From the NCBI GenBank assembly GCA_047285535.1, contig JBJBDC010000001.1:416136-480135 (forward strand): 64,000 nt of DNA. Direction: 5' to 3'. Positions 55,030 through 64,000 of this stretch are shown one piece after another. A program made the position numbers and the translations under genes. Numbering within the stretch: the stretch's first letter is position 1; the number at the start of each line of letters is the position of its first letter. Origin of the DNA: Synechococcus sp. GTDB lineage: Bacteria > Cyanobacteriota > Cyanobacteriia > PCC-6307 > Cyanobiaceae. The notes beneath the pieces are model-generated. The model ran no database searches, had not been told where the DNA came from, and saw only the letters and a list, made by a program, of their open reading frames with translations.

Positions 55030-55152
55030 CCATGAAACCAATCAGAACGACTCCTCAATCAAATGAATGAACATGATCATTCTGAGCTGAGAGCCTTGAA
55101 CCCTGACTCACTTCAAAACCAATAATGACTCTCTCAGTCACAGAACAAGGAG

Positions 55153-55167
55153 TGATAATCATTATCG
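55153..55167. promoter_or_regulatory. Zur/Fur-type box upstream of metallothionein
   Basis: TGATAATCATTATCG, a 7-1-7 palindrome with one mismatch. Confidence 0.7.
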
Positions 55168-55251
55168 CTTTGCTGAAATCATGTAACTCTCGGGCATTTT
55201 TGCCTCGACAGATCAATCCACTGTTAGAAAGATTGTAGACGTAATCAATTC

Positions 55252-55428
55252 ATGACGACAGCAACCATGAAGTGCGCCTGCCCAAGGTGCGACTGCGAAA
55301 CGAGCGGTTCCTCTGCCGTTTTCAAAAATGGACAAAGCTTCTGCTCTGATGCCTGTGCAAGCGGCCATCCCAACAATGAGCCATGCCATGACAAGGCTGG
55401 CGCTTGTGGCTGCACTTGTGGTGGATAA
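55252..55428 (+). CDS. bmtA: Bacterial metallothionein (absent from ORF track)
   Basis: MTTATMKCACPRCDC...FCSDACASGH...CH...CGCTCGG*. Confidence 0.92.
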   Translation: MTTATMKCACPRCDCETSGSSAVFKNGQSFCSDACASGHPNNEPCHDKAGACGCTCGG

Positions 55429-55569
55429 CCAAAGGGATTCAACCCACCACTTCATGCACAGGCCAGGATGCGTCGAACCTTAATTGCTGGTATGCCCAGC
55501 GGTATGCCAATGGCTCCGCATCCCAAGCAGTCCGTGTAACTATCAGTTTATTAGATCAATAATCTAGAC

Positions 55570-55758
55570 ATGCAGGAATGGACGGATGAATTCATAACCC
55601 AGGCTCAGCAGGAGCTTGTCAGCATGGTCAAAGACTGGAAATATGATTATGGAGCTGATGACAAGGCATGCTCAGCAATGCTTTTGTGGATGGTTCTGAA
55701 GCTCAATCCAAATGCTGAAATTGATGCAGCGTTGATTCAGCCATTGGATCGCGCGTAG
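55570..55758 (+). CDS. Small hypothetical protein
   Basis: 62-aa ATG ORF. Confidence 0.6.
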   Translation: MQEWTDEFITQAQQELVSMVKDWKYDYGADDKACSAMLLWMVLKLNPNAEIDAALIQPLDRA

Positions 55759-56583
55759 GCAAAGCGCAGGTTGCAATGGGCAACAGTCTTCTCTTCTCAG
55801 GAGTCGACGCGTAAGGTCGAGCATAAAGGCATGATCTATGCAGCTGAACGTCTGTTCGATGCAGTCATCGGCCATGGAATGCATGATGTCTTCGTCGTGA
55901 CGAGCAGCTCACTGCCTCGGTCCTATAACGTGACATCTGAGTGCTGCTGATGAATCAACGACGGCGCCTATCTGAAGCGCTCGCTCAGGCAAGAATCAAG
56001 CCCTTTCATGCATCTGAGACTTCAGATTGCTGATGACGTCAATCCACTAGTTGTTAGACAACATTCTTCATTATCGGTAAATATAGTTTTTTATTCTCTA
56101 CTCATACACTACAAAATCTGAATGTGTCAAATGAAGCAGGCATCGGCCTTTTAACTGCTTCAGTTTTGGTTTGAAGCTAAGCCCTCAGTCATGCTCTGAT
56201 ATTGCACTGCATCAGTTCTCGAGATCGCTGTATTGCTGAAACCACCCCCTGCAAGCAAACTTTCAAGTTGAGGGTACAAGACCATGGAGTGATCAGCGTT
56301 AGTCTGAAGATTTTGGCCTAGCCAATCTTTGGATTTAGGGCCCATTGGAAGCAGCATCAACACCAAATCAGCTAGACATCTGTGGCTTTTAACACTTGCT
56401 TTTGGAGAGTTTATTGGTTCTTGACTTGGAGTTAAGGCGAATATCAATTTTGATGATTACGTGACCTTCAGCAGGGATCAATCCCCAGGATGAGTTCTCA
56501 AACATCTGTTGGGGCGGAGGTTTGTTAATGACAGTGAATTGAGCCACAGCCTCTCGTTTTCGCTGAGAGGTTAAAGAAAGACC

Positions 56584-57492
56584 TTAAATTCTCATGAAGC
56601 TTTCAATACGAGGCCCTACTTTTGTTTTAAGTGCATATACCGAAGTGCTAGCTGTTACAAATAATGTATGCCAATCCGTTCCACCCCAATGAAGATTGGC
56701 GGTGTGCTCTGGGATTTGAATAACGCCTAACTTCTCACCTTTTGGGTTGAAAATCCAGAGACCATTTGGCCCAGTGACCCAAATATTTCCGTATTCATCA
56801 CACTTCATGCCATCGGGAACTCCTCCCTCGAAAGTCCCATCTCCTATATTTTCCGCAAAACGTGTTTTGTCATAAAGGCTTCCATCAGGAGCGACCTTAT
56901 AGACGTCGATCAAGGCCTTTGGTGAATCATTGATATAGAACAATGACTCGTCTGGTGAGAAGCACAAACCATTGGGCTGCTGATAGCAATCTTTCTCGAC
57001 AAGAAGCTCTAGCTCTCCTGGAGTCTTTAAGCGGAAAACACCTTGAAAGTCCAGTTCCTGCGCGCGCTCCTCCCCCGACCAGGGCATGCGTCCATAAGCC
57101 GGATCAGAAAAATAAATGGATCCATCAGATCGGATACAGACATCATTTGGACTATTGAGCTCCTTCCCATCAAAGTGGGACGCCAACACCTCTCGATGTC
57201 CATCTCCCCCTTCCAATACCAGTGACGAACTTAGGTGTTCGCAAACCAAAAGATTCAAATTAGAGTCATAGGTCATTCCATTACATTTTTCTGATGGGTT
57301 ACGCACTTCTAGAGTCGTTCCATCTAGGGAGTATTGAAAGCGTACGTTCCCAGGTATATCCGAGAACAGAAGGTGATGATCGCGAGGATGCCAGATCGGT
57401 CCCTCGGTGAACTCAAAGCCGGATGCAACACGCTCGATTTGAACCTCTTTGTCAATGAGGTCCCACATCCGATTTGAAAAAACCTTGATCAT
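56584..57492 (-). CDS. SMP-30/gluconolactonase family protein
   Basis: FTEGPIW, FSDIP, NSPND, PNGLCFSPD, PDGMKCD; AGGAG RBS. Confidence 0.92.
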   Translation of the reverse strand: MIKVFSNRMWDLIDKEVQIERVASGFEFTEGPIWHPRDHHLLFSDIPGNVRFQYSLDGTTLEVRNPSEKCNGMTYDSNLNLLVCEHLSSSLVLEGGDGHREVLASHFDGKELNSPNDVCIRSDGSIYFSDPAYGRMPWSGEERAQELDFQGVFRLKTPGELELLVEKDCYQQPNGLCFSPDESLFYINDSPKALIDVYKVAPDGSLYDKTRFAENIGDGTFEGGVPDGMKCDEYGNIWVTGPNGLWIFNPKGEKLGVIQIPEHTANLHWGGTDWHTLFVTASTSVYALKTKVGPRIESFMRI

Positions 57493-58256
57493 AAAATTGA
57501 CTCCTGCCTATACCCAATGGTGGCGCTTTTCTTTTGGTGGCCAACTGCGAGGGAGCAGCTTTGCGTAGCGGCTGTTGGTTTTAGCCTAAAACCGAAACAC
57601 GAAATAATTTAAGACCATAGCGTCTAGAGCGGTTGGTTTTTAGGACTGAATAGTCTTAATCAGTAAAAAAGCTAAGGTGATCGTAGAGACCTCCGCCGTC
57701 TTTCACTAAATTTATGGAACTAAACATTGGTCTGTTTGTTATCTTTAAAGCTACAGCTAGCAACCTCATTGCAGTACTATTGGATTGCGTTGTTCAAATC
57801 TCCTGGAATCTCTAAAAATAGTATTGATTTCTAGAGGCATCGAATTGAGATTCGAATTGTTTTGCCTTCAATCGAGATAGCTTGCATGGGATTTGATCGC
57901 CTTTCTCCATTCGAATCTTTGTCGATATTGGGAAATCGTTGACCTGATTGTCTCTTGCTGATGATGCCGAAATGCCTGTGACTATCTTTCTACTTTAGGT
58001 ACTTATCTTGGAGTTCATGATGCTGATGGTTAGAAGGCTTGGCTTGCGAATGCCATTAAACTACTTGGAAGTGACGTAGCAGACGAAAGTCCAAGGCAAG
58101 TCTGTTCTAACAATCGTCAGATGAAAAAGGAATGGGAAGATATTCAGCTAAGCATAGGCCATCCACCATAAAAACAAGAATTTGTTAATTCTTGACAGAG
58201 GTGATCAGTATTGAAAATCTGTATACGGCTTCAACCTACAGCTATGAATCATGCGA

Positions 58257-58473
58257 ATGATTTCTGACTTGATTTTCCCTCCTCTGTCCCTCTTCTCGCT
58301 CAGCCTCCGTCGAAGCCTGCCTTCATTGGTGTTGATCTAGACGGTAACGGCTAAATCAGTCTTTCAAAAGCCTATAAAGCTCGAGTTTCTAAAACTGCTT
58401 TCAGAAGAGCTGATCTCGACAGAAGTGGATTCCTGACGTTTGATGAATACGAGTTGATGAATTCGATTGGTTG
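58257..58473 (+). pseudogene. EF-hand protein pseudogene
   Basis: DLDGNG*ISL and ADLDRSGFLTFDEY loops. Confidence 0.55.
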
Positions 58474-59374
58474 ATGCTGCTCCTGAATGGGCTGGGTGGG
58501 AAGGAATGATCCCTCGGGCATGCAGGTCTACCATCCATCCCGACTGTTAGCTTTGTGAAAACCCGAGAAGACACGCACAAAGGTTTTCCAAACCTAGTGG
58601 GTTCTTATGAATACATCATTTTGTAACACAGTACCCTTGGACATAAGTGATCAAGCTTATTGCAGTCTAAAGGAGCCAAGACAGATTTTTCTTTGAATTA
58701 TCTAGCGAACAAGGCTTAGTCACTTCTCAGTCCTTCAGCATCAATTCATGTGATCTCACTGAAGGTTTTAGTCTCGAACTCATCACGTATCAGGTTTGAA
58801 TTCACAGGATTCATTGATTGTCTCCTGCTCGGTTTTAATCATGGTGATCACACAATCCACTGATGGGTGACGCACCTTGAGGACTGATGCCTACGTCCGC
58901 TGCAGAGTGCCAGTACTCTTCAACTACAGAACAATGCCGTGGAGGGGCCATGGGTTTTGAGAATGAAAGGGCTCTGGAGAATTGACAAAGAGCCCAAATC
59001 GGTTTGACCTTCAGCACATCACCCAAGCGCGGATCTTCATTGCCGAACGATTTTTGGCCTGCCACCTCCACCCGCGATAGCTCCGTCATGGCGGTCATCT
59101 GAACAAGCACTGCTCCTACGGGCACAACCATGGACAAAGGAAGCAGCGTGCGCATCCGAGAAGGAGCGATCAAGACCCAGATACCCTTTATAGTTTCCGA
59201 GAAGATTAAGAAAGATTGCGACAGCGGCCTAAAGCATGGGTCATTACACCTATTTAATGAAGTTGAGTAAACAGAGCTGGCATAATGGGCCAATTGAAAA
59301 GTTTCGAAACGTTGGAACTTCAGATTCCCTTTAGATTCTTTGGATCGTTGTTGGTGGGTTCAACCCTGCTTTTT

Positions 59375-59470
59375 ATGGCAAGTTCAAAAAAAGAGATAGT
59401 ACTGCTTGGAAGCACATTCCTCTTTGGCTATGGAGCTTTAGAACTTGCTTTGCACTTCGGCGGTTACTAA
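59375..59470 (+). CDS. 31-aa membrane microprotein (may start at 59285)
   Basis: MASSKKEIVLLGSTFLFGYGALELALHFGGY*. Confidence 0.55.
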   Translation: MASSKKEIVLLGSTFLFGYGALELALHFGGY

Positions 59471-60341
59471 GACTTCCCGTCTCAAAAGACAAAATCAGAA
59501 TTATTTAGTTCAGCTCTAAGCTTTTCTGAGGTGTGGTTATTCCTTTATCTGCGTTCGGTGGAGACTTGTGTGCTGATCAAGACCAGCTCGACACGATCAC
59601 GGTCAGTACTTTAGGCAGTTTGAACAGCTGCATCATCAACCCACTCGTCGTAATGATGCAGTCGACGTCAACGCTGTGACCAATTTCAGCTGCTGCAGGC
59701 CTGATCAACATGCTTTAGATCAGGACGATCGGTATTTAAGGCCTGGCGAAATGATTTTCCACTGAGTCGACCTGCAGTGGCTTTGATTGACTTCTTATGC
59801 CGTGGTTCCCAGTACTTCCTTCTTAGGTTTGTGTTCGTTGAGGTTGCAGGGAGGTCATTTTTCCTTCCCATCGTTAACAGTTCGAGAAGGCAGCTGGAGA
59901 GTTCGAACCACCTCCCTGTACTTAGGCCAGGCAGACACACTGCAGTCAGGGCTTTGACTGTTCGCTTGGGTGACGTTTCACTTGCGGGGCATTTCTAATT
60001 CTCAATCAGAAAGACTTTCCTATCAGGGCGGCGGTTTTGCAATTGAATTGGCTGCAATCCGATGAAGCCGCATAAGCTCCATCTTGACTCGGGGAATTCA
60101 ATCAAATGAGCGATCAATCTACCATCAACAGGATGAGAAGAAGATGGAACGCCCTACCTTTCTTGGGTGAGGAGGACTGCTGTTTGATGATTTTACCTAG
60201 AGATGTTTGAATTCATCAGCAACGAAACCATTTTCAGTAGATCGCATTTTAAGTATTGCTTAATACATCTGCTTGTAGCGTTGATAGCTCGCTTTTTGGA
60301 AAGCTAAGTAATATTTTTGAAAGCAACGGTCTTCACATTCC

Positions 60342-60638
60342 ATGAATGACATCGAAGCATTTCGCAAACAGTTAATCGATGCAAATTCTAGCAATGAAAC
60401 TGACGTCATTAACAAATTCACTTCCGATCACCAGAGTGGCTTGATATACGTAGATCTGTTCGTTGCTCATCAAGCCTTAGACAGACTCACTAAAAACCTT
60501 GAAAAGCAGTTAGAAAAAGAACGAAGCAATGATTTTCTTATCCATTATGCACAACTTCGAGGTGAGTTATATTCTTATTTGAATGGACTATCGCTCCTTC
60601 TCCAGGATTATGATGATGCAATTGAGACAATTGCATAA
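60342..60638 (+). CDS. Hypothetical protein
   Basis: 98-aa helical ATG ORF. Confidence 0.5.
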   Translation: MNDIEAFRKQLIDANSSNETDVINKFTSDHQSGLIYVDLFVAHQALDRLTKNLEKQLEKERSNDFLIHYAQLRGELYSYLNGLSLLLQDYDDAIETIA

Positions 60639-62482
60639 ATCTTCTCCATGCATTCTCATCCTAATAGCCTATAACCTTGCCAAACTGATGGAAACACAAA
60701 AACATCATCATCAACCCGCAGTTTTTGATGCACAGGAAGAATATCTTTGCAGATCAGACCTGCGCCTACGCAAAGCATCTAACGCGCTGAGTCGCCCTGA
60801 TGAAAACCCGCTCGAACATCAGCTATGCAAGGAACTTATTGACAGTGGTATTGATTTAATCAGCTGGAGTGAATTGATAGGAAGGAAATAAATAAAGATA
60901 CAATTAACAAATACAATATTTACGACAGGAAAATGTATATCGCTTATCTTGTTTGTCTGATTGTTGATCCATTTCCCCCTACCATGCTACGTATTGTATA
61001 ACTGTTGATGGATGGATCGATGAAGTCTTTGTGGATGAGACTTAGAGCACTATCGATGCATCCTTTGGCCTAGGGTTTGCAACATAACATCAAATTGCTA
61101 CTCGCTGTGGTCTAGCCAGATTTTGGTCAATCAGGCATTGGCGTCAGCCACTACCTCAATCACAGAGACCGTCTGCTGGGGATTGACTTCAGCAAAACAT
61201 CATTTTGTGGATCCTTTCTGCTCGTCCAATGTGATCCTCTGGCATTTCTGCAGGAATAATTGCTCAACCATCCTCCTACACACGAAATGACAATGTTCAT
61301 CTACAAAGACTTTTCCTACGACGAAATCTTGACTTGCCCAGATCCCACAGGAGACTTCATGAGCAATGTCAATGTCAGACTACGCTTCTTGCATTAGTCC
61401 TGCATTAGTTTGTAATTAATCCGTGCTCCATTGCGCTGCAAAGACAAGCAGGCATTACCATTGAAGAATGGTCGGTGATTCACAGATTCTGAAGGCTTAA
61501 AGTTAATCCCTGCTGCTAATGCCTCATCTGCAGCTTCAGCAATTTGGACTACAAAACCGGAGTCAGTCTCCCCTTCCCAAATTTGGAAAAATCTTCATAG
61601 CAGATCACATCAGTGACGCCTGCAAAACACAAGTGACTGTTGATGTACAGCCTTATTGTCATCCGATTTGTATTCAATTGAGGGAGCGTGCGGTTATTGA
61701 TATCCTCAGCGGCATAGCCTTCCTTGCAGACGCATTTCAATTAGTCACACTAAGGCAAATGGGCAAGATCATAAGCTGCTATTGGAGCTGATAGCCATTC
61801 ATGATGGATGGACAGAGTATTAAGACTCAGATACGATCAGCGTTTACATTTGTCGTGCCTCTTGGTAGTGAATAATCCCATTCTCATTTCAAGGGAGGTT
61901 AGAATTTATTTGTAAATAAATCATAAATCATGGATTTACGTCTTGTTGAATTGCTTGGAAAATATCAGGCAGAAGAACTTGAAGCAATAGAAAGATGGTT
62001 TAAGCATACGCAGCCATTAGCACTTGAAATAATGGGTGGCATGAAGATTGCTAGGGGAGCCGTGCTCAACGAGGACAGAGATTCTAAATAAATCATAGAG
62101 GCATTGTCATTTCTTGCTGAGATAAGCTATATGGCTTTCTTTTTAATTTGATTCTTTTTGGATATAGAATCTATACACTCTTTAACTGTTGGGCCATCAA
62201 TGAATTCCTATCTTTTAATGATAGTTTTCTTGTATTGATTCCTTGCTGTTTAATCAGTGCGGCTATGGCAGCTTCTAAAAATCAATGATTTTGGTTCTGG
62301 CTACTCACTGGACTGCTATTTGTGGCTAGTGGTCTGATTGCATCTGCTTGTGCCAAAGATAGAGGTTTATAGTCTAATTAAAATCTTTTCTTTCGTTTGT
62401 TGCTGTCTCTTCTTTCCTTTTAGCCTGAACGTTTATTCTTGATCTTGCTGTTCAACACATAGATATTGAGTTTCAAAGTTTA

Positions 62483-63220
62483 CTAGTTGATTGAGATTGT
62501 TGTTCTTAAAATTAGAATTGATATCCATGCTATGCCAGGTATTATTATAGAAAGAGTGAGGATCCAGATCTTCAGAGTCATACCAGTAGGCTTAGAGTAA
62601 AGAAGTTTTTCCACAGATGTTGTTTTGCTGTATCGCAAGTGATCAGAAATAGACATTATTAGCCTGTTGGCTATTAGTTTTTCTTGCCAGTTAAGTCCAT
62701 ATCTTGGATATTTCTGGTATAGAGGTACATCACCTGATTGCTTCCCTGGTAACACGCGAGTTGATTCGCCAGGTGGAATATCATATCCAAATTTTGTCAT
62801 ATATTCTTCACAGTTTAAGATGAAATCTATGAAATAGATGAACCCTTTTTCAGCTATTAAAATCGACAATGCTAATTTTTCTTGCTCATTGTATGCGTTT
62901 CTTCCTAGTGCTCTGGCCATAACTTGTTCGACTAGACGATAGTTGTTATTGCATTCAATATAACCTCTTCTGAAACGGTCTGAAAGAAATAAACCACGCA
63001 CAAAATCACGTACTGTTATTGATTTATTGCGTAATTGTGATTCTAGGTAGAACTCGCGATCTCTCGATGTTATGTGAAAAAATATTTGTCTATAACATTT
63101 TTCTATAAAAGTATCACTTTCCTGCTCTTTAATTGCTTCTTGTCCCTTTTCAGGTAGGCCTTCAACCCTTGAATTTTGTGCTGATCTTGGATAGTATCTC
63201 AGAGGAAGTGACATAGACAT
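62483..63220 (-). CDS. cpcL: Phycobilisome rod-core linker with hydrophobic C-tail (CpcL/CpcG2 type)
   Basis: YRQIFFH, LESQLRNKSITVRDFVRGL, EEYMTKFG, PRYG; C-terminal IWILTLSIIIPGIAWISILIL. Confidence 0.8.
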   Translation of the reverse strand: MSMSLPLRYYPRSAQNSRVEGLPEKGQEAIKEQESDTFIEKCYRQIFFHITSRDREFYLESQLRNKSITVRDFVRGLFLSDRFRRGYIECNNNYRLVEQVMARALGRNAYNEQEKLALSILIAEKGFIYFIDFILNCEEYMTKFGYDIPPGESTRVLPGKQSGDVPLYQKYPRYGLNWQEKLIANRLIMSISDHLRYSKTTSVEKLLYSKPTGMTLKIWILTLSIIIPGIAWISILILRTTISIN

Positions 63221-63668
63221 GAGTCTTGAATAGTGTGTAAAATTTTAAGCATTTACCATTATGCTTTAGTGATTTATTGGACACATGTAGACGTATAAAT
63301 GTAGTCCATGAGTTATGAAATTGGTCACAATTCTTAGTTTCTGGTTTTAAGTTGATTCGCTATTTACTTGCTTGAGATTTTTCTGGCTTGCGATTTTAGA
63401 TAGCCACAAGAATGTCTGGCATTTTTGAAGAATCAATAGATACCTCTAGGCTGTATTTGGCGATGAGGCTGTTGGTGTTTCGGGTAAATCCCATGCAATG
63501 TATTAATGTAGGTTTTAAATAATGTATTGTGTTATCTTTTGGGGTTTGGGATTTTGTCTCTTATTTCTTTATTTATAGTCTAGTCATGTGATAATACTTT
63601 TAAGAAGTGGCAATCAACTAGTCCTGCTGTTTGAGGTTGAAGCTACCATGACTTTATTCTTAAGGGAC

Positions 63669-63779
63669 TTAGCCGTGTAGCTGTATGAACCAGAATCCAG
63701 CAAGCTGCCAAGAGCTCCATAGAAAAATGGCGAGGAATAGCCAGTTGAGCCAGGCTGGACGATCTCGTTTCTCAAACAT
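63669..63779 (-). CDS. 36-aa membrane microprotein; core-like sequence resumes
   Basis: MFEKRDRPAWLNWLFLAIFLWSSWQLAGFWFIQLHG*. Confidence 0.6.
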   Translation of the reverse strand: MFEKRDRPAWLNWLFLAIFLWSSWQLAGFWFIQLHG

Positions 63780-64000
63780 CGAATCGGTGCATCAAACCTA
63801 TCAATTCTGGCGCATGATCAACTGATTTGATCACTGCTTGGTTCAGCCAGCAGCCCAAGTTTCATTGCGTTGGCACTGCACCAAGCCAATTAGCTCTTTG
63901 AAACGACACTTGGGATCCACCTGCGCGCTTCAGATCATGCATACCCTCGAGTTGGCGATAAACCGCTTTCAGCTGTCTCTGAATGTGATCGGTATGGGGC

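Noticed and set aside
59900..59935. tRNA-like fragment GAGAGTTCGAACC as attR
   Set aside because: Does not match the tRNA-Pro or tRNA-Lys 3' end; no cloverleaf

Overview
Marine picocyanobacterial DNA, most likely Synechococcus; this is inferred from psbY, crtH, a Som-type porin, a CpcG/CpcL linker and Yfr2 sRNAs. Bases 1-8100 are core genome: response regulator 3' end, crtH, CDF transporter, trmFO, psbY, gamma-CA, tRNA-Lys, RR/HK/PAS and tRNA-Pro. A roughly 55 kb mosaic island starts right after tRNA-Pro(TGG) and runs to about 63.6 kb. It holds small secreted proteins, pseudogenes and recurring non-coding modules. Main observations: (1) A candidate new RiPP locus at 44.6-49 kb has double-glycine precursors ending DNCTA[T/S]SDTG[V/L]MxCP, one hidden by a 1-nt frameshift, plus a cyanophycin-synthetase-like ATP-grasp ligase and a CxxC thioredoxin. 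(2) A recurring promoter cassette with a TGTGA-N6-TCACA (CRP-type) box precedes most precursor peptides and several secreted proteins, often after a conserved terminator hairpin and spacer. (3) A shared, apparently structured leader of about 190 nt precedes four precursors. (4) A Tat-signal protein resembles the alanyl-tRNA synthetase catalytic domain. (5) Yfr2 and Yfr1/Yfr10-like sRNAs occur together with a matching porin 5'UTR site. All family calls come from motif recognition by eye; no searches were run.
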